Both the position numbers and the translations under genes were made by a program. Below, piece after piece: positions 18,898 through 27,699 of a stretch of 64,000 nt of DNA. Numbering within the stretch: position 1 is the stretch's first letter; each line of letters starts with the position of its first letter. The notes under the pieces were generated by a model. The model was not told the DNA's origin. It saw only the letters and a program-made list of their open reading frames with translations, and did not search any database. Source of the stretch: Bacteroidia bacterium (GTDB lineage Bacteria > Bacteroidota > Bacteroidia > 2-12-FULL-35-15); NCBI GenBank assembly GCA_045805205.1, contig JBJMLR010000009.1, positions 197,658-261,657 of the forward strand, written 5' to 3'.

Positions 18898-21714
18898 ATG
18901 CCAAGAGATAATTCCATAAAATCAGTCCTCATCATCGGAAGCGGTCCAATCGTGATCGGACAAGCCTGCGAATTTGACTATTCCGGCTCACAGGCCGCAC
19001 GTTCACTCAGAGAGGAAGGGATCAGGGTAACGCTGATCAACTCCAACCCGGCGACGATCATGACGGATAAAGTAACTGCGGAGAATATTTACCTGCTGCC
19101 GCTGGAAGTGAAGTCCATTGTAAAGATCCTGGAAGAAAACAAAGATATTGATGCGGTGCTGCCGACCATGGGCGGACAGACGGCCCTGAACCTCGCAATG
19201 AAATGCGATGAAATGGGCATCTGGAAGAAATACAATGTGAGAATGATCGGAGTCGATATCGATGCGATCGAGGTGACGGAGGATCGTGATAAATTCCGTG
19301 AGCGAATGGAAAGCATCGGTGTCGGAATGGCACCTTCCAAAATTGCAAAATCATTCCTGGAAGGAAAAGAGATCGCCCAGGACTTCGGTTTTCCATTGGT
19401 GATCCGCCCGTCCTTTACGCTTGGCGGAAGCGGCGGAAGCGTTGTATACCAGAAAGAAGAATTTGATGCAGCATTGAACCGCGGCCTGCACACGTCGCCG
19501 ATCCACGAAGTACTGATCGATAAAGCGGTGCTTGGCTGGAAAGAATTTGAGCTTGAGTTGTTGCGTGATGCGAATGACAACGTTGCGATCATCTGCTCGA
19601 TCGAGAATTTTGATCCGATGGGCGTTCATACCGGCGATAGCATCACGGTTGCTCCGGCAATGACCCTGAGCGATACCACTTACCAGAAGATGCGGACACT
19701 CGCGATCAAAATGATGCGCAGCATCGGAAATTTTGCGGGCGGATGTAATGTTCAGTTTGCGGTAAGCCCTGATGATGCGGAAGACATTATCGCCATCGAG
19801 ATCAATCCGCGTGTATCGCGTTCATCGGCACTGGCGAGTAAAGCAACCGGTTACCCGATCGCTAAGATTGCGTCGAAGCTGGCGATCGGTTATCACCTGG
19901 ATGAGCTGGAAAATCAGATCACCAAATCGACCTCTGCCTATTTTGAGCCGACGCTGGATTATGTCATTGTAAAAATTCCGCGCTGGAACTTTGATAAATT
20001 CAAGGGTGCGAAGCGTGAGCTTGGCTTCCAGATGAAATCGGTTGGCGAGGTAATGGGGATAGGCCGCTGTTTCCAGGAGGCATTACAGAAAGCTTGTCAG
20101 AGCCTTGAGATCAAACGGAATGGCTTGGGTGCAGATGGAAAAGAAGTGAAGAACCAGGATGAATTGCTGAAAAGCCTGGAGCGTCCGAGCTGGAATCGTC
20201 TGTTCCATATTTACGATGCGATCAAATTGGGGATCTCGATCAAAACGATCCAGAAGCTTACACGGATCGATCCGTGGTTTTTGAACCAGATCGAAGAGCT
20301 GATCATTCTTGAAAGCGAAATTTCTAAATACAGATTAGGAGATCTTCCGAAAGACCTGCTCTATGAGGCAAAGCAAAAAGGGTATGCTGACCGCCAGATC
20401 GCACATTTGCTGAATTGCCTCGAAAGTGAAGTATTCAATCGCCGCCGTGATCTGAATATCAATCGCGTTTATAAGCTTGTCGATACCTGTGCAGCGGAAT
20501 TCGAAGCGAAGACACCCTACTATTACAGTACTTTCGAAGATGAGAATGAAAGCATCGCCTCCGACAAGAAGAAGATCGTGGTGTTAGGAAGCGGTCCGAA
20601 CCGCATCGGACAGGGAATTGAATTTGACTACAGCTGTGTGCATGGCGTATTGGCTGCAAAGGAATGCGGCTATGAAACCATTATGATCAATTGCAACCCG
20701 GAAACGGTTTCTACGGATTTCAACGTTGCCGATAAGCTTTATTTCGAACCGGTGTTCTGGGAACATATTTACGATATCATCCTGAACGAAAAGCCGGAAG
20801 GAGTGATCGTTCAGCTGGGCGGACAAACGGCTTTGAAGCTGGCGGAAAAGCTGGAGCGCTATGGCATCAAGATCATCGGAACGGATTTCAAGTCGCTTGA
20901 CCTGGCTGAAGATCGCGGAAGCTTTTCGACTTTGCTGAAAGAAAATAACATTCCGTATCCGGAGTTCGGTGTGATCGAAGATGCGGAGCAGGCGGTGGAG
21001 CTTTCAAGAAAATTAGGATTCCCGCTGCTGGTTCGTCCGAGCTATGTGTTGGGCGGACAAAGCATGAAGATCGTGATCAATGAGCAGGAGCTGGAGCAGC
21101 ACGTTGTAAAACTGTTGCAGGATCACCCGGGCAATAAAGTATTGCTGGATCATTTCCTGGAAGGAGCGATCGAGGCTGAGAGTGATTCGATCTGTGACGG
21201 AAAAGATAATTACATCATCGGGATCATGGAGCACATCGAGCCGGCAGGGATCCACTCCGGAGATTCATACGCTGTTCTTCCTCCATTCGACTTGAGCGAG
21301 AATGTAATGAAGCAGATCGAGCAGCATACAAAAACGATTGCACTTGCTTTGAATACGGTCGGATTGCTGAACATCCAGTTCGCGATCAAAGATGAAGTGG
21401 TATACATCATTGAAGCCAATCCGCGTGCATCGCGTACGGTTCCGTTCATTGCGAAGGCGTATGATGAGCCGTATGTTAACTATGCAACCAAGGTAATGCT
21501 GGGTGCTAAGGTCAAAGACTTCAAATTCAGCCCGACCAAAAAAGGATATGCGATCAAGATCCCGGTATTCTCCTATGAGAAATTCCCGGAGGTGACCAAA
21601 GAGCTGGGGCCTGAAATGAAATCAACCGGTGAAGCGATCTATTTCATTGATGATCTGACGGATGAGTTCTTTCACAATATTTATTCTGAGAGGAATTTGT
21701 ATTTGAGTAAGTAA
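18898..21714 (+). CDS. carB: carbamoyl-phosphate synthase large subunit (short, about 938-aa form)
   Basis: Two ATP-grasp halves (IIGSGPIVIGQACEFDYSGSQA... and VVLGSGPNRIGQGIEFDYSCVH...). The last ~20 codons are duplicated in the downstream tandem array. Confidence 0.9.
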   Translation: MPRDNSIKSVLIIGSGPIVIGQACEFDYSGSQAARSLREEGIRVTLINSNPATIMTDKVTAENIYLLPLEVKSIVKILEENKDIDAVLPTMGGQTALNLAMKCDEMGIWKKYNVRMIGVDIDAIEVTEDRDKFRERMESIGVGMAPSKIAKSFLEGKEIAQDFGFPLVIRPSFTLGGSGGSVVYQKEEFDAALNRGLHTSPIHEVLIDKAVLGWKEFELELLRDANDNVAIICSIENFDPMGVHTGDSITVAPAMTLSDTTYQKMRTLAIKMMRSIGNFAGGCNVQFAVSPDDAEDIIAIEINPRVSRSSALASKATGYPIAKIASKLAIGYHLDELENQITKSTSAYFEPTLDYVIVKIPRWNFDKFKGAKRELGFQMKSVGEVMGIGRCFQEALQKACQSLEIKRNGLGADGKEVKNQDELLKSLERPSWNRLFHIYDAIKLGISIKTIQKLTRIDPWFLNQIEELIILESEISKYRLGDLPKDLLYEAKQKGYADRQIAHLLNCLESEVFNRRRDLNINRVYKLVDTCAAEFEAKTPYYYSTFEDENESIASDKKKIVVLGSGPNRIGQGIEFDYSCVHGVLAAKECGYETIMINCNPETVSTDFNVADKLYFEPVFWEHIYDIILNEKPEGVIVQLGGQTALKLAEKLERYGIKIIGTDFKSLDLAEDRGSFSTLLKENNIPYPEFGVIEDAEQAVELSRKLGFPLLVRPSYVLGGQSMKIVINEQELEQHVVKLLQDHPGNKVLLDHFLEGAIEAESDSICDGKDNYIIGIMEHIEPAGIHSGDSYAVLPPFDLSENVMKQIEQHTKTIALALNTVGLLNIQFAIKDEVVYIIEANPRASRTVPFIAKAYDEPYVNYATKVMLGAKVKDFKFSPTKKGYAIKIPVFSYEKFPEVTKELGPEMKSTGEAIYFIDDLTDEFFHNIYSERNLYLSK

Positions 21715-22000
21715 TTACAGCGCGTCATTGCGAGTGAGCTAGCGAACGAAGCAATCTGTCGTTTGATTTGACGGATAAGTTCTTTCATAATATTTATTCC
21801 CAAAGGAATTTGTGCCAGAGTAAATAAAATGCCCGTCATCCTGAGCGGAGTCGAAGGAGGGCCTTTTAGCGAACGAAGCAATCTCATCGTTTGATCTGAT
21901 GGATAAGTTCTTTCATGACATTTATTCCAAAAGGAATTTGTATCCGGGTAAATAATTACAGCGCGTCATTGCGAGTGAGTTAGCGAACGAAGCAATCTTA
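21648..22000. repeat. ~113-128-bp tandem repeat x3. Each unit is a copy of the carB 3' end (~20 codons plus stop) followed by the dispersed cgtcattgcgag...cgaagcaatc element.
   Basis: Units translate to DLTDEFFHNIYSERNLYLSK*, FDLTDKFFHNIYSQRNLCQSK* and FDLMDKFFHDIYSKRNLYPGK*. The first unit is the real carB terminus. Confidence 0.85.
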
Positions 22001-22262
22001 TTATAGTGATATTATAAAATGGAAAAAGGTCGGAGGGGATTCCTTCTTTGCCAAAGGTTTTTGGCGGATGAAGGGGTCCTATTTCGTGTGCTGTTGTCTC
22101 TTATAGTGTCTGTCACCACTGCCAGTAAAGATTTAGGCTATCCGAGAGGCGGACTTTTATAACAATTGGATTTGCAAGGCCAAGCCAAGTTAACACAAAA
22201 GCATCTTTGTAGTACGAAATCTTGCCTTTTGAGTAGTGCCGTTACTAATAGTTACTCTTTCT

Positions 22263-23633
22263 TCATTTCTTTTCTTTTATCAATTCCGTAACCTCGTTCG
22301 CTATTATTTTAATATTTTCTGGCTTTAAAACATTTTTAATAGAATCAGATATTTCTTCGTGTGGTGATTTTAGTTTAAGAAATGTGTCAATACCTTTAGA
22401 TGGGTTTGTATTTAATTGGTCTCTCAATGAATTAAACAATTCCATATACTCTGCGTCTTTATGTTCTAAACTGTACAATTCTCTGTATCCAGTCATTGCA
22501 GCAGCAATTGATGCTTTATGATGATATTCTTCAGCAAGTTTTTTTGCAATCTTTTGATTTCTATTTAGCATCCAAATTGCAAATATAAGCGCACCCGCAA
22601 TGCTAAATTGATAAATGAGAAGGTGATAATTGAACTCTTTGCCGCACAACAATAGAATTAACTGCGCTACTCCAAATGCAACAATGTCAGCAATTAACCA
22701 ATTTGTCAGGTTTAATGTTTTATTTTCTAGAGTTTGAAATTCTTTAGTGTATTCTTTTGCCCGTTCAGCAAAAGCATTGTGTAATGAGCTATCTGTTAAG
22801 GCAAGTAGCTTTTGTTCGGCATCAGTTGTTAATTTGCCTAATCTGTTAGCTAATGATTCAACAGTTGCTTTTAGTCCAAGCCCTTCCGTTTCTGTTTCTT
22901 CATCGACAACTTTTTCAAACACAGCTTTATAAAAGCTTCTTAATTTTTTTACTTCTTTTTCGTTTTCAGTTAAGTTTTTATTGAAATCATCTTTAATTTT
23001 GATAATTTGAGTTTTTACTGAATCTCTCCCTTCTTCATCTTCTAATAACAGTTTTTGTGCGGCAATAAGCTCAGTATGTTTACTTTCAATACCGGTATTT
23101 AATTTTTGTGAATCTGCAATCAGAGCAGTAGCTTCAGCAACAAGATTATTTAGACTAGCCTTTGTCGATTCTTTCCCGTCGATACCAATTAATGTTTCCG
23201 TTTTAAATTGATCAACATCGATTTTTACATTTAGGATTTGGGCTTTTATTGATTCTCTTCCTTCTTCACTTTCTAATAAAAGCTTGTGAGCAGAAACAAT
23301 CTCTTCCCGTTTGGCTTTAATATCAATAAGTGCTTCATTAATTACTTTTCTTGTTGATGGGTTTTCTTCTGTACCCACTAAGGTTTCGTTTTTGAATTTT
23401 TCAGCCTCTTCTTTTACTTCTTTTAATATTTGCTGGTCTATACCGGCTTTTACAATTACATTCTTAAATATAGTTTGATTAGATAAATGCTCACCCTCGT
23501 CAACTAAATTCTCTTTATAAAATATGCTGAGTTTGTCAATTTGAGCTTGAATAGCTTTAGTTTTTTTCGTTGTTTCGGTTATTAAAGCAAGAAGTTCTTC
23601 TCTTGTCAGTTCAGGACTATTTTTATCTTCCAT
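22263..23633 (-). CDS. repeat-rich coiled-coil protein with a C-proximal two-helix membrane hairpin (island gene A)
   Basis: 456 aa. About 300 aa of heptad-rich sequence with internal ~65-aa repeats (HKLLLESEEGRESIKAQI and QKLLLEDEEGRDSVKTQI). Two TM helices (WLIADIVAFGVAQLILLLCG and LLIYQFSIAGALIFAIWML). Strongly AT-rich DNA. Confidence 0.5.
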   Translation of the reverse strand: MEDKNSPELTREELLALITETTKKTKAIQAQIDKLSIFYKENLVDEGEHLSNQTIFKNVIVKAGIDQQILKEVKEEAEKFKNETLVGTEENPSTRKVINEALIDIKAKREEIVSAHKLLLESEEGRESIKAQILNVKIDVDQFKTETLIGIDGKESTKASLNNLVAEATALIADSQKLNTGIESKHTELIAAQKLLLEDEEGRDSVKTQIIKIKDDFNKNLTENEKEVKKLRSFYKAVFEKVVDEETETEGLGLKATVESLANRLGKLTTDAEQKLLALTDSSLHNAFAERAKEYTKEFQTLENKTLNLTNWLIADIVAFGVAQLILLLCGKEFNYHLLIYQFSIAGALIFAIWMLNRNQKIAKKLAEEYHHKASIAAAMTGYRELYSLEHKDAEYMELFNSLRDQLNTNPSKGIDTFLKLKSPHEEISDSIKNVLKPENIKIIANEVTELIKEKK

Positions 23634-23726
23634 TTTTATTTAGTTAATTTTAATTCGTTGCTTAAATGTTGAAGGGTTTGCGCAATTATCTACAGCGTTT
23701 CGCGGGCTGGCGCTCGGGCGGTCTTG

Positions 23727-24680
23727 TCATTGCGGTAGTATGTCATTTAGCTTGTCCGCAAACTCTTTTGAATCAGATACTTTTATTGGTTTGATAGTTA
23801 CTTCTTTGTTTTCTTTGTTGAAGTCGCTTATATGTTGAGCAACTAAAGGTGTCAAGTCGGTATTATAAACCAACCAAGCTTCTCCATTTTTGTTTTTAAG
23901 ATAATGTGCTAACTGATGAAATGTATTTAACCCAATTTTACTTCTACTCAGATATTTTGCTTCGATAAAGTACCGTTTATTGTTTTTCAAAAATATTAGA
24001 TCAATCCCTTTGTCCTCAAAATCATTGTTTTGAATGTCTAAGTCGGGGCGATTTCTTAATGCAGCCTCAATACTTTTTTCAAACTCAAAACTATATTCAT
24101 GTGTATCTTTGCTTGAAGAAATGTCTTGGATTTCGTTTTGAATTTCTGCATCCTTGTCTTTATCGGATTTGTATTTGAAAAAAGTGCTGATTAGTCCTAA
24201 TATTACAGTCGCTATTGCAAAAATCGTTGATAACAATTCAAGCCACCAAGTTTCTTTAGATTCGGCGTTTTGATTTTTAATTTTGGGGTTGAATTCTTTT
24301 GGCAACTGTAATTTGATTCGTTCAATTTTGTTTATCAGTTCCTTTCTTTTGGTCAATGGAAGAAATTTGTCCTCCATAAAAGATTCTTCGGTCTTTGTAA
24401 GGATGTCGTCTAGTGAAAGCGGAAAGCTTTGTTTTAGTGTAATTTCTTTAGCGTGAACAAGTGTCGGCAATTCATTAAGCGTAAATGTGGAATCTGAATA
24501 AATAAGTTCTTTGACTGATTGCAAAATTTCGCTCTCAGCATTTTTAATTCTTTCGTTCTGCGATTCTTGTAGCCAAGTCGGAACATACCAAACACCTATA
24601 TAAATGGTCGCAAAAAAACCAAGTATGCTAAATACTGTCCCGAAGTTTGTAAACCATTCTTTAAGTGTCTTTGTATTCAT
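23727..24680 (-). CDS. membrane-anchored protein with a C-terminal PD-(D/E)xK (restriction-endonuclease-like) fold motif (island gene B)
   Basis: 317 aa. TM helices at about 14-36 and about 148-170. The C-terminal GIDLIFLKNNKRYFIEAKYLS fits the hD...hExK core of Mrr/NERD-type nuclease domains. Confidence 0.4.
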   Translation of the reverse strand: MNTKTLKEWFTNFGTVFSILGFFATIYIGVWYVPTWLQESQNERIKNAESEILQSVKELIYSDSTFTLNELPTLVHAKEITLKQSFPLSLDDILTKTEESFMEDKFLPLTKRKELINKIERIKLQLPKEFNPKIKNQNAESKETWWLELLSTIFAIATVILGLISTFFKYKSDKDKDAEIQNEIQDISSSKDTHEYSFEFEKSIEAALRNRPDLDIQNNDFEDKGIDLIFLKNNKRYFIEAKYLSRSKIGLNTFHQLAHYLKNKNGEAWLVYNTDLTPLVAQHISDFNKENKEVTIKPIKVSDSKEFADKLNDILPQ

Positions 24681-24857
24681 AATATTCTACGTGTTGAATG
24701 ATCAACTATTGTTGCTGGTAACGTTTCGCGGCTTGGTGTTCGTTCGGGTTTTTAACTAAAATCATTTTTGCGAAGCCGAATTTTAAGATATTCAAATTTG
24801 TCTTGTGAAGCGAGATGCCCGTAAAGCGCAACGACCGCTGTCATAGGCAGGCAAATG

Positions 24858-26045
24858 TTAGAATGGCAAGCCATCATCTTTGTCTTCCGAAATGTCTACC
24901 GGCATCCATGGATATTTTTCAGTGTCAGTGATAAAATTTCTGGAAGAATTTGTAAATGTGCCCCAAAACTCTACTGGAGTTTCTTCATCAAAATCTGTTT
25001 CGAAAACATTCCCGTCTAATTCTAAGTAGAGGCTTTCTCCTTGTTTTTTGAATCTGCAAGTCACAACTTCAATTAATTTCCCTCTAGCCAAATTGTCTTC
25101 CTTGATTAAGGCTATTTCTTTTGATATTTGCAGCAACACCTTTTCTAATTCTGTTTTGATGACAGCGTAGTTTTTTTCGAGAGATTTTCTGCTAAATGTA
25201 AATCTTATTTGTTTTGTCAATACCACGCTTTCTGGCGTTTTAGTATAAGACGTGGGTGTGGCCTCGGTTACAGAAATTGTATGTTTTGATATTTCAGGAT
25301 ATCCAATAAGAATTTCGTCAGTTTTTAGATTAACAGTTTTTATTGAATACCCCAAAAAGCTTTTTTGTCGTTGTAGTATTGGTGACACAAATGATATAAT
25401 TAACTTAATCCATTCTTCTTTTTTGCTTTGTTTAAAAGTCACCTTACATTCCTCGATTCCCAATGTTACTATTTCCTTATACCAATTTTCCTCAGTATTT
25501 GTTGGCACAGTGTCTGGGCAAGTATAAAAGTCTCGCATCATTTTTTCAATTTCTGATAAGGTGTGAATCGAATTTTGCTTAACTAAGTCGATGTCTCCTT
25601 TTTTTATAGGTCTAAAATGAGCTAAGGAATTCCTCACATTACCAATTTCATCGAGTTTGTTTTTCATGATTTCTCTTGAACCCAAGAAATAGTTTTTGAA
25701 AAACTTCCAATATGCGTCTGAAGTAATTATTCTTATAAGCTCCCCACTCGTCAAGTGGAGTAACGGACTATTAATAACATAACCGAGGTAGGCGTAATTT
25801 TTGTCTTGCGAGAGCCGCTTTTTCGCGATAGCGCCAAGAGTCGAAGTTTCTGCATCATCGCTCGTTATTGAAAGATCTTTCCATTTATCTTGAAATTCAC
25901 TTTTCAGAATTATGAAGACGAAAACCCTTAAGGAATTTTCAATTCTGAATAAAATATTAAGCGCTTCAAAGTATTCAATCTTTAACCAATCCCCTGGCAG
26001 GTCATATAAATTCTTTTCAGTGTTTTTAGCTTCTTTCCAATCCAT
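24858..26045 (-). CDS. HEPN-domain protein, Abi_2 (AbiD/AbiF)/Swt1-like (island gene C)
   Basis: 395 aa. The alpha-helical N-terminal ~160 aa end in IGNVRNSLAHFRPI, an R-x4-H HEPN motif of the RN..AH type seen in Abi_2/Swt1 families. The size is similar to AbiD/AbiF. AT-rich. Confidence 0.4.
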   Translation of the reverse strand: MDWKEAKNTEKNLYDLPGDWLKIEYFEALNILFRIENSLRVFVFIILKSEFQDKWKDLSITSDDAETSTLGAIAKKRLSQDKNYAYLGYVINSPLLHLTSGELIRIITSDAYWKFFKNYFLGSREIMKNKLDEIGNVRNSLAHFRPIKKGDIDLVKQNSIHTLSEIEKMMRDFYTCPDTVPTNTEENWYKEIVTLGIEECKVTFKQSKKEEWIKLIISFVSPILQRQKSFLGYSIKTVNLKTDEILIGYPEISKHTISVTEATPTSYTKTPESVVLTKQIRFTFSRKSLEKNYAVIKTELEKVLLQISKEIALIKEDNLARGKLIEVVTCRFKKQGESLYLELDGNVFETDFDEETPVEFWGTFTNSSRNFITDTEKYPWMPVDISEDKDDGLPF

Positions 26046-26340
26046 CTTTCTATTTGTTTAGTTTGCTTGCCTATAAATTTCTTACTAACCGCAACTCACA
26101 CGCAATCCCACTGCATTTCAATAAATTAATACTCGTATAGAAGCGGATATAAAACGGGTAGAAACGTTTCTACACGGCTATAGAATTAAATCAATTCCAA
26201 TAAATTGACAGGAGGGAGTAGCTCGAATCGTATAGCTAAAATATAATAATTTCCGAAATGCGCAATGTTTATGCCAGCGAATAGGTAAAAACACCTATTA
26301 GAAGAGGAGCAAAATATCGATGTGCGCAGCTTATCATCGC

Positions 26341-26395
26341 CATGGTGAGATTGCTTCGTTCGCTACACTCACTCGCAATGACGCGCTGCAATGAA
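26341..26395. repeat. dispersed ~37-bp element (gattgcttcgttcgctacactcactcgcaatgacgcg), an inverted copy of the elements at 21720-21998
   Basis: About 36 of 38 nt identical to the reverse complement of 21962-21998. It explains the spurious LLRSL..AMTRCN ORFs at 21681-21887 and 26342-26584. Confidence 0.8.
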
Positions 26396-26433
26396 TCGCC
26401 TGGAGCTCTTTTTTCTTACTGCGTTTCCCAACC

Positions 26434-26997
26434 TTACTCTTTTTCTTCCGGAGCAAAATCGACTGAAACATCCTTGATCTTTTCATCCGGACCAAAAGCC
26501 AGGATCATCGATCGGATGGGACTGGATTCATTAGCATTTGTTATCGTCAGATACGTGGACAAAGCCAAAGATCCACCGCTCTGATCCCGGCAGGAATAGG
26601 ATTGCGGATATTTGCCGGCAAATTCGGAAAGGGACCAGGAGGGATCCAATACCACCTGCTCGTCCGAAAGGAATTTCACACCATTGTTGTGCAGGATATT
26701 CAGACTGGTCAGATACATCGCCTCACGGGAATCTCCATAGCTTATTTCAGTTTCCTCCGGATCGATGTATTTCATGGAATCCGGGCTCATTTTGAATTTA
26801 ATTGGTTTTGCAAAACCTTCAATGAGCAGCTGATCAAGCGGCAATGCATCAAATGTACAGGTGCCTGCGGCAAGTTTTTCCATTCGTTCTCTTTCCTGCT
26901 GCTTGTTGTTCTCTACCGAAGTCAATCCTTTGTACACAAGAAAGATGACAAGTCCCAGGATAAAAATTATGATGAATGCTTTCTTGAAGAGTTTCAT
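26434..26997 (-). CDS. hypothetical membrane-anchored protein
   Basis: 187 aa. N-terminal TM (FIIIFILGLVIFLVY). No recognised motif. Confidence 0.45.
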   Translation of the reverse strand: MKLFKKAFIIIFILGLVIFLVYKGLTSVENNKQQERERMEKLAAGTCTFDALPLDQLLIEGFAKPIKFKMSPDSMKYIDPEETEISYGDSREAMYLTSLNILHNNGVKFLSDEQVVLDPSWSLSEFAGKYPQSYSCRDQSGGSLALSTYLTITNANESSPIRSMILAFGPDEKIKDVSVDFAPEEKE

Positions 26998-27202
26998 GGG
27001 TATCCGTTTGCGAATAAAGATAGTAAATAGAACGCGGATGACACAGAAAACGCGGATCTACACGGATCTGTTTATCGTAATGATTCACCGAGCGGATTGT
27101 ATTTGCTTACGGATCGATTCGTACTGACAAGAATAGAAAAGCAATCTCCTTACTACAAAGAGATTGCTTTTCCGCCGGTCGCAGATCGTAATAGCGAAAG
27201 TT

Positions 27203-27694
27203 CTAGCTCTTCGTCAGCATTACATCCAGACTGTCGAGCGTCATTGTAAATCCTTCTTTAAAGCCCATTTCAATCATTTTTTCCATGCGTTCGAGACTAT
27301 CATTGTAAATGGAGATGTGCACTTTTGTTTTCCCGTTTTGTTCGCTGAAAGTCAGGTTCCAGTCAGAACCCGGTAAATGAAGATTTTCATCTTTGTCGGC
27401 GAAAACGCTCAGGAATTTGAAATTGCTCTTCGGGGTAATGGATGTGTATTTCTGGACCTGCCAGCCTTCGTTGCCTTCCGGACTTACCATTGCATAGAAT
27501 CGCCGGTCGCCCACCTCGAAGTTCATGTGCTTTGTTTTTGAGAGATAGGGTTTTGGTGCCCACCATTGATCAAGAATTTCAGGTTTGGTGAAAGCATCCC
27601 ATACCAGCGGGAGCTCCGCATTAAATTCGCGGTTAATGGATACCGTTTTTGTTGCTTTGTCGACAGTGAAGTCAAAGAGTGATGTGTTTTTCAT
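27203..27694 (-). CDS. SRPBCC-superfamily protein (AHSA1 / activator of Hsp90 ATPase-like)
   Basis: 163 aa. The [22 protein letters not shown] pattern is typical of the AHSA1 (PF08327) domain. Confidence 0.75.
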   Translation of the reverse strand: MKNTSLFDFTVDKATKTVSINREFNAELPLVWDAFTKPEILDQWWAPKPYLSKTKHMNFEVGDRRFYAMVSPEGNEGWQVQKYTSITPKSNFKFLSVFADKDENLHLPGSDWNLTFSEQNGKTKVHISIYNDSLERMEKMIEMGFKEGFTMTLDSLDVMLTKS

Positions 27695-27699
27695 CTTAA

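Noticed and set aside
19089-19592. Several 60-170-aa ORFs inside carB, on both strands.
   Set aside because: They are nested in, or antisense to, a high-confidence carB frame.
21681-21887. A 68-aa ORF (MRLLRSLKGPP…AMTRCN) and its relative at 26342..26584.
   Set aside because: They are translations of the dispersed repeat element and the tandem array. They are not genes.
22020-22262. A unique segment between the tandem array and island gene A, inspected for a tRNA or att site.
   Set aside because: No cloverleaf-compatible sequence or integrase was found. It cannot be called a tRNA or attachment site from sequence alone.
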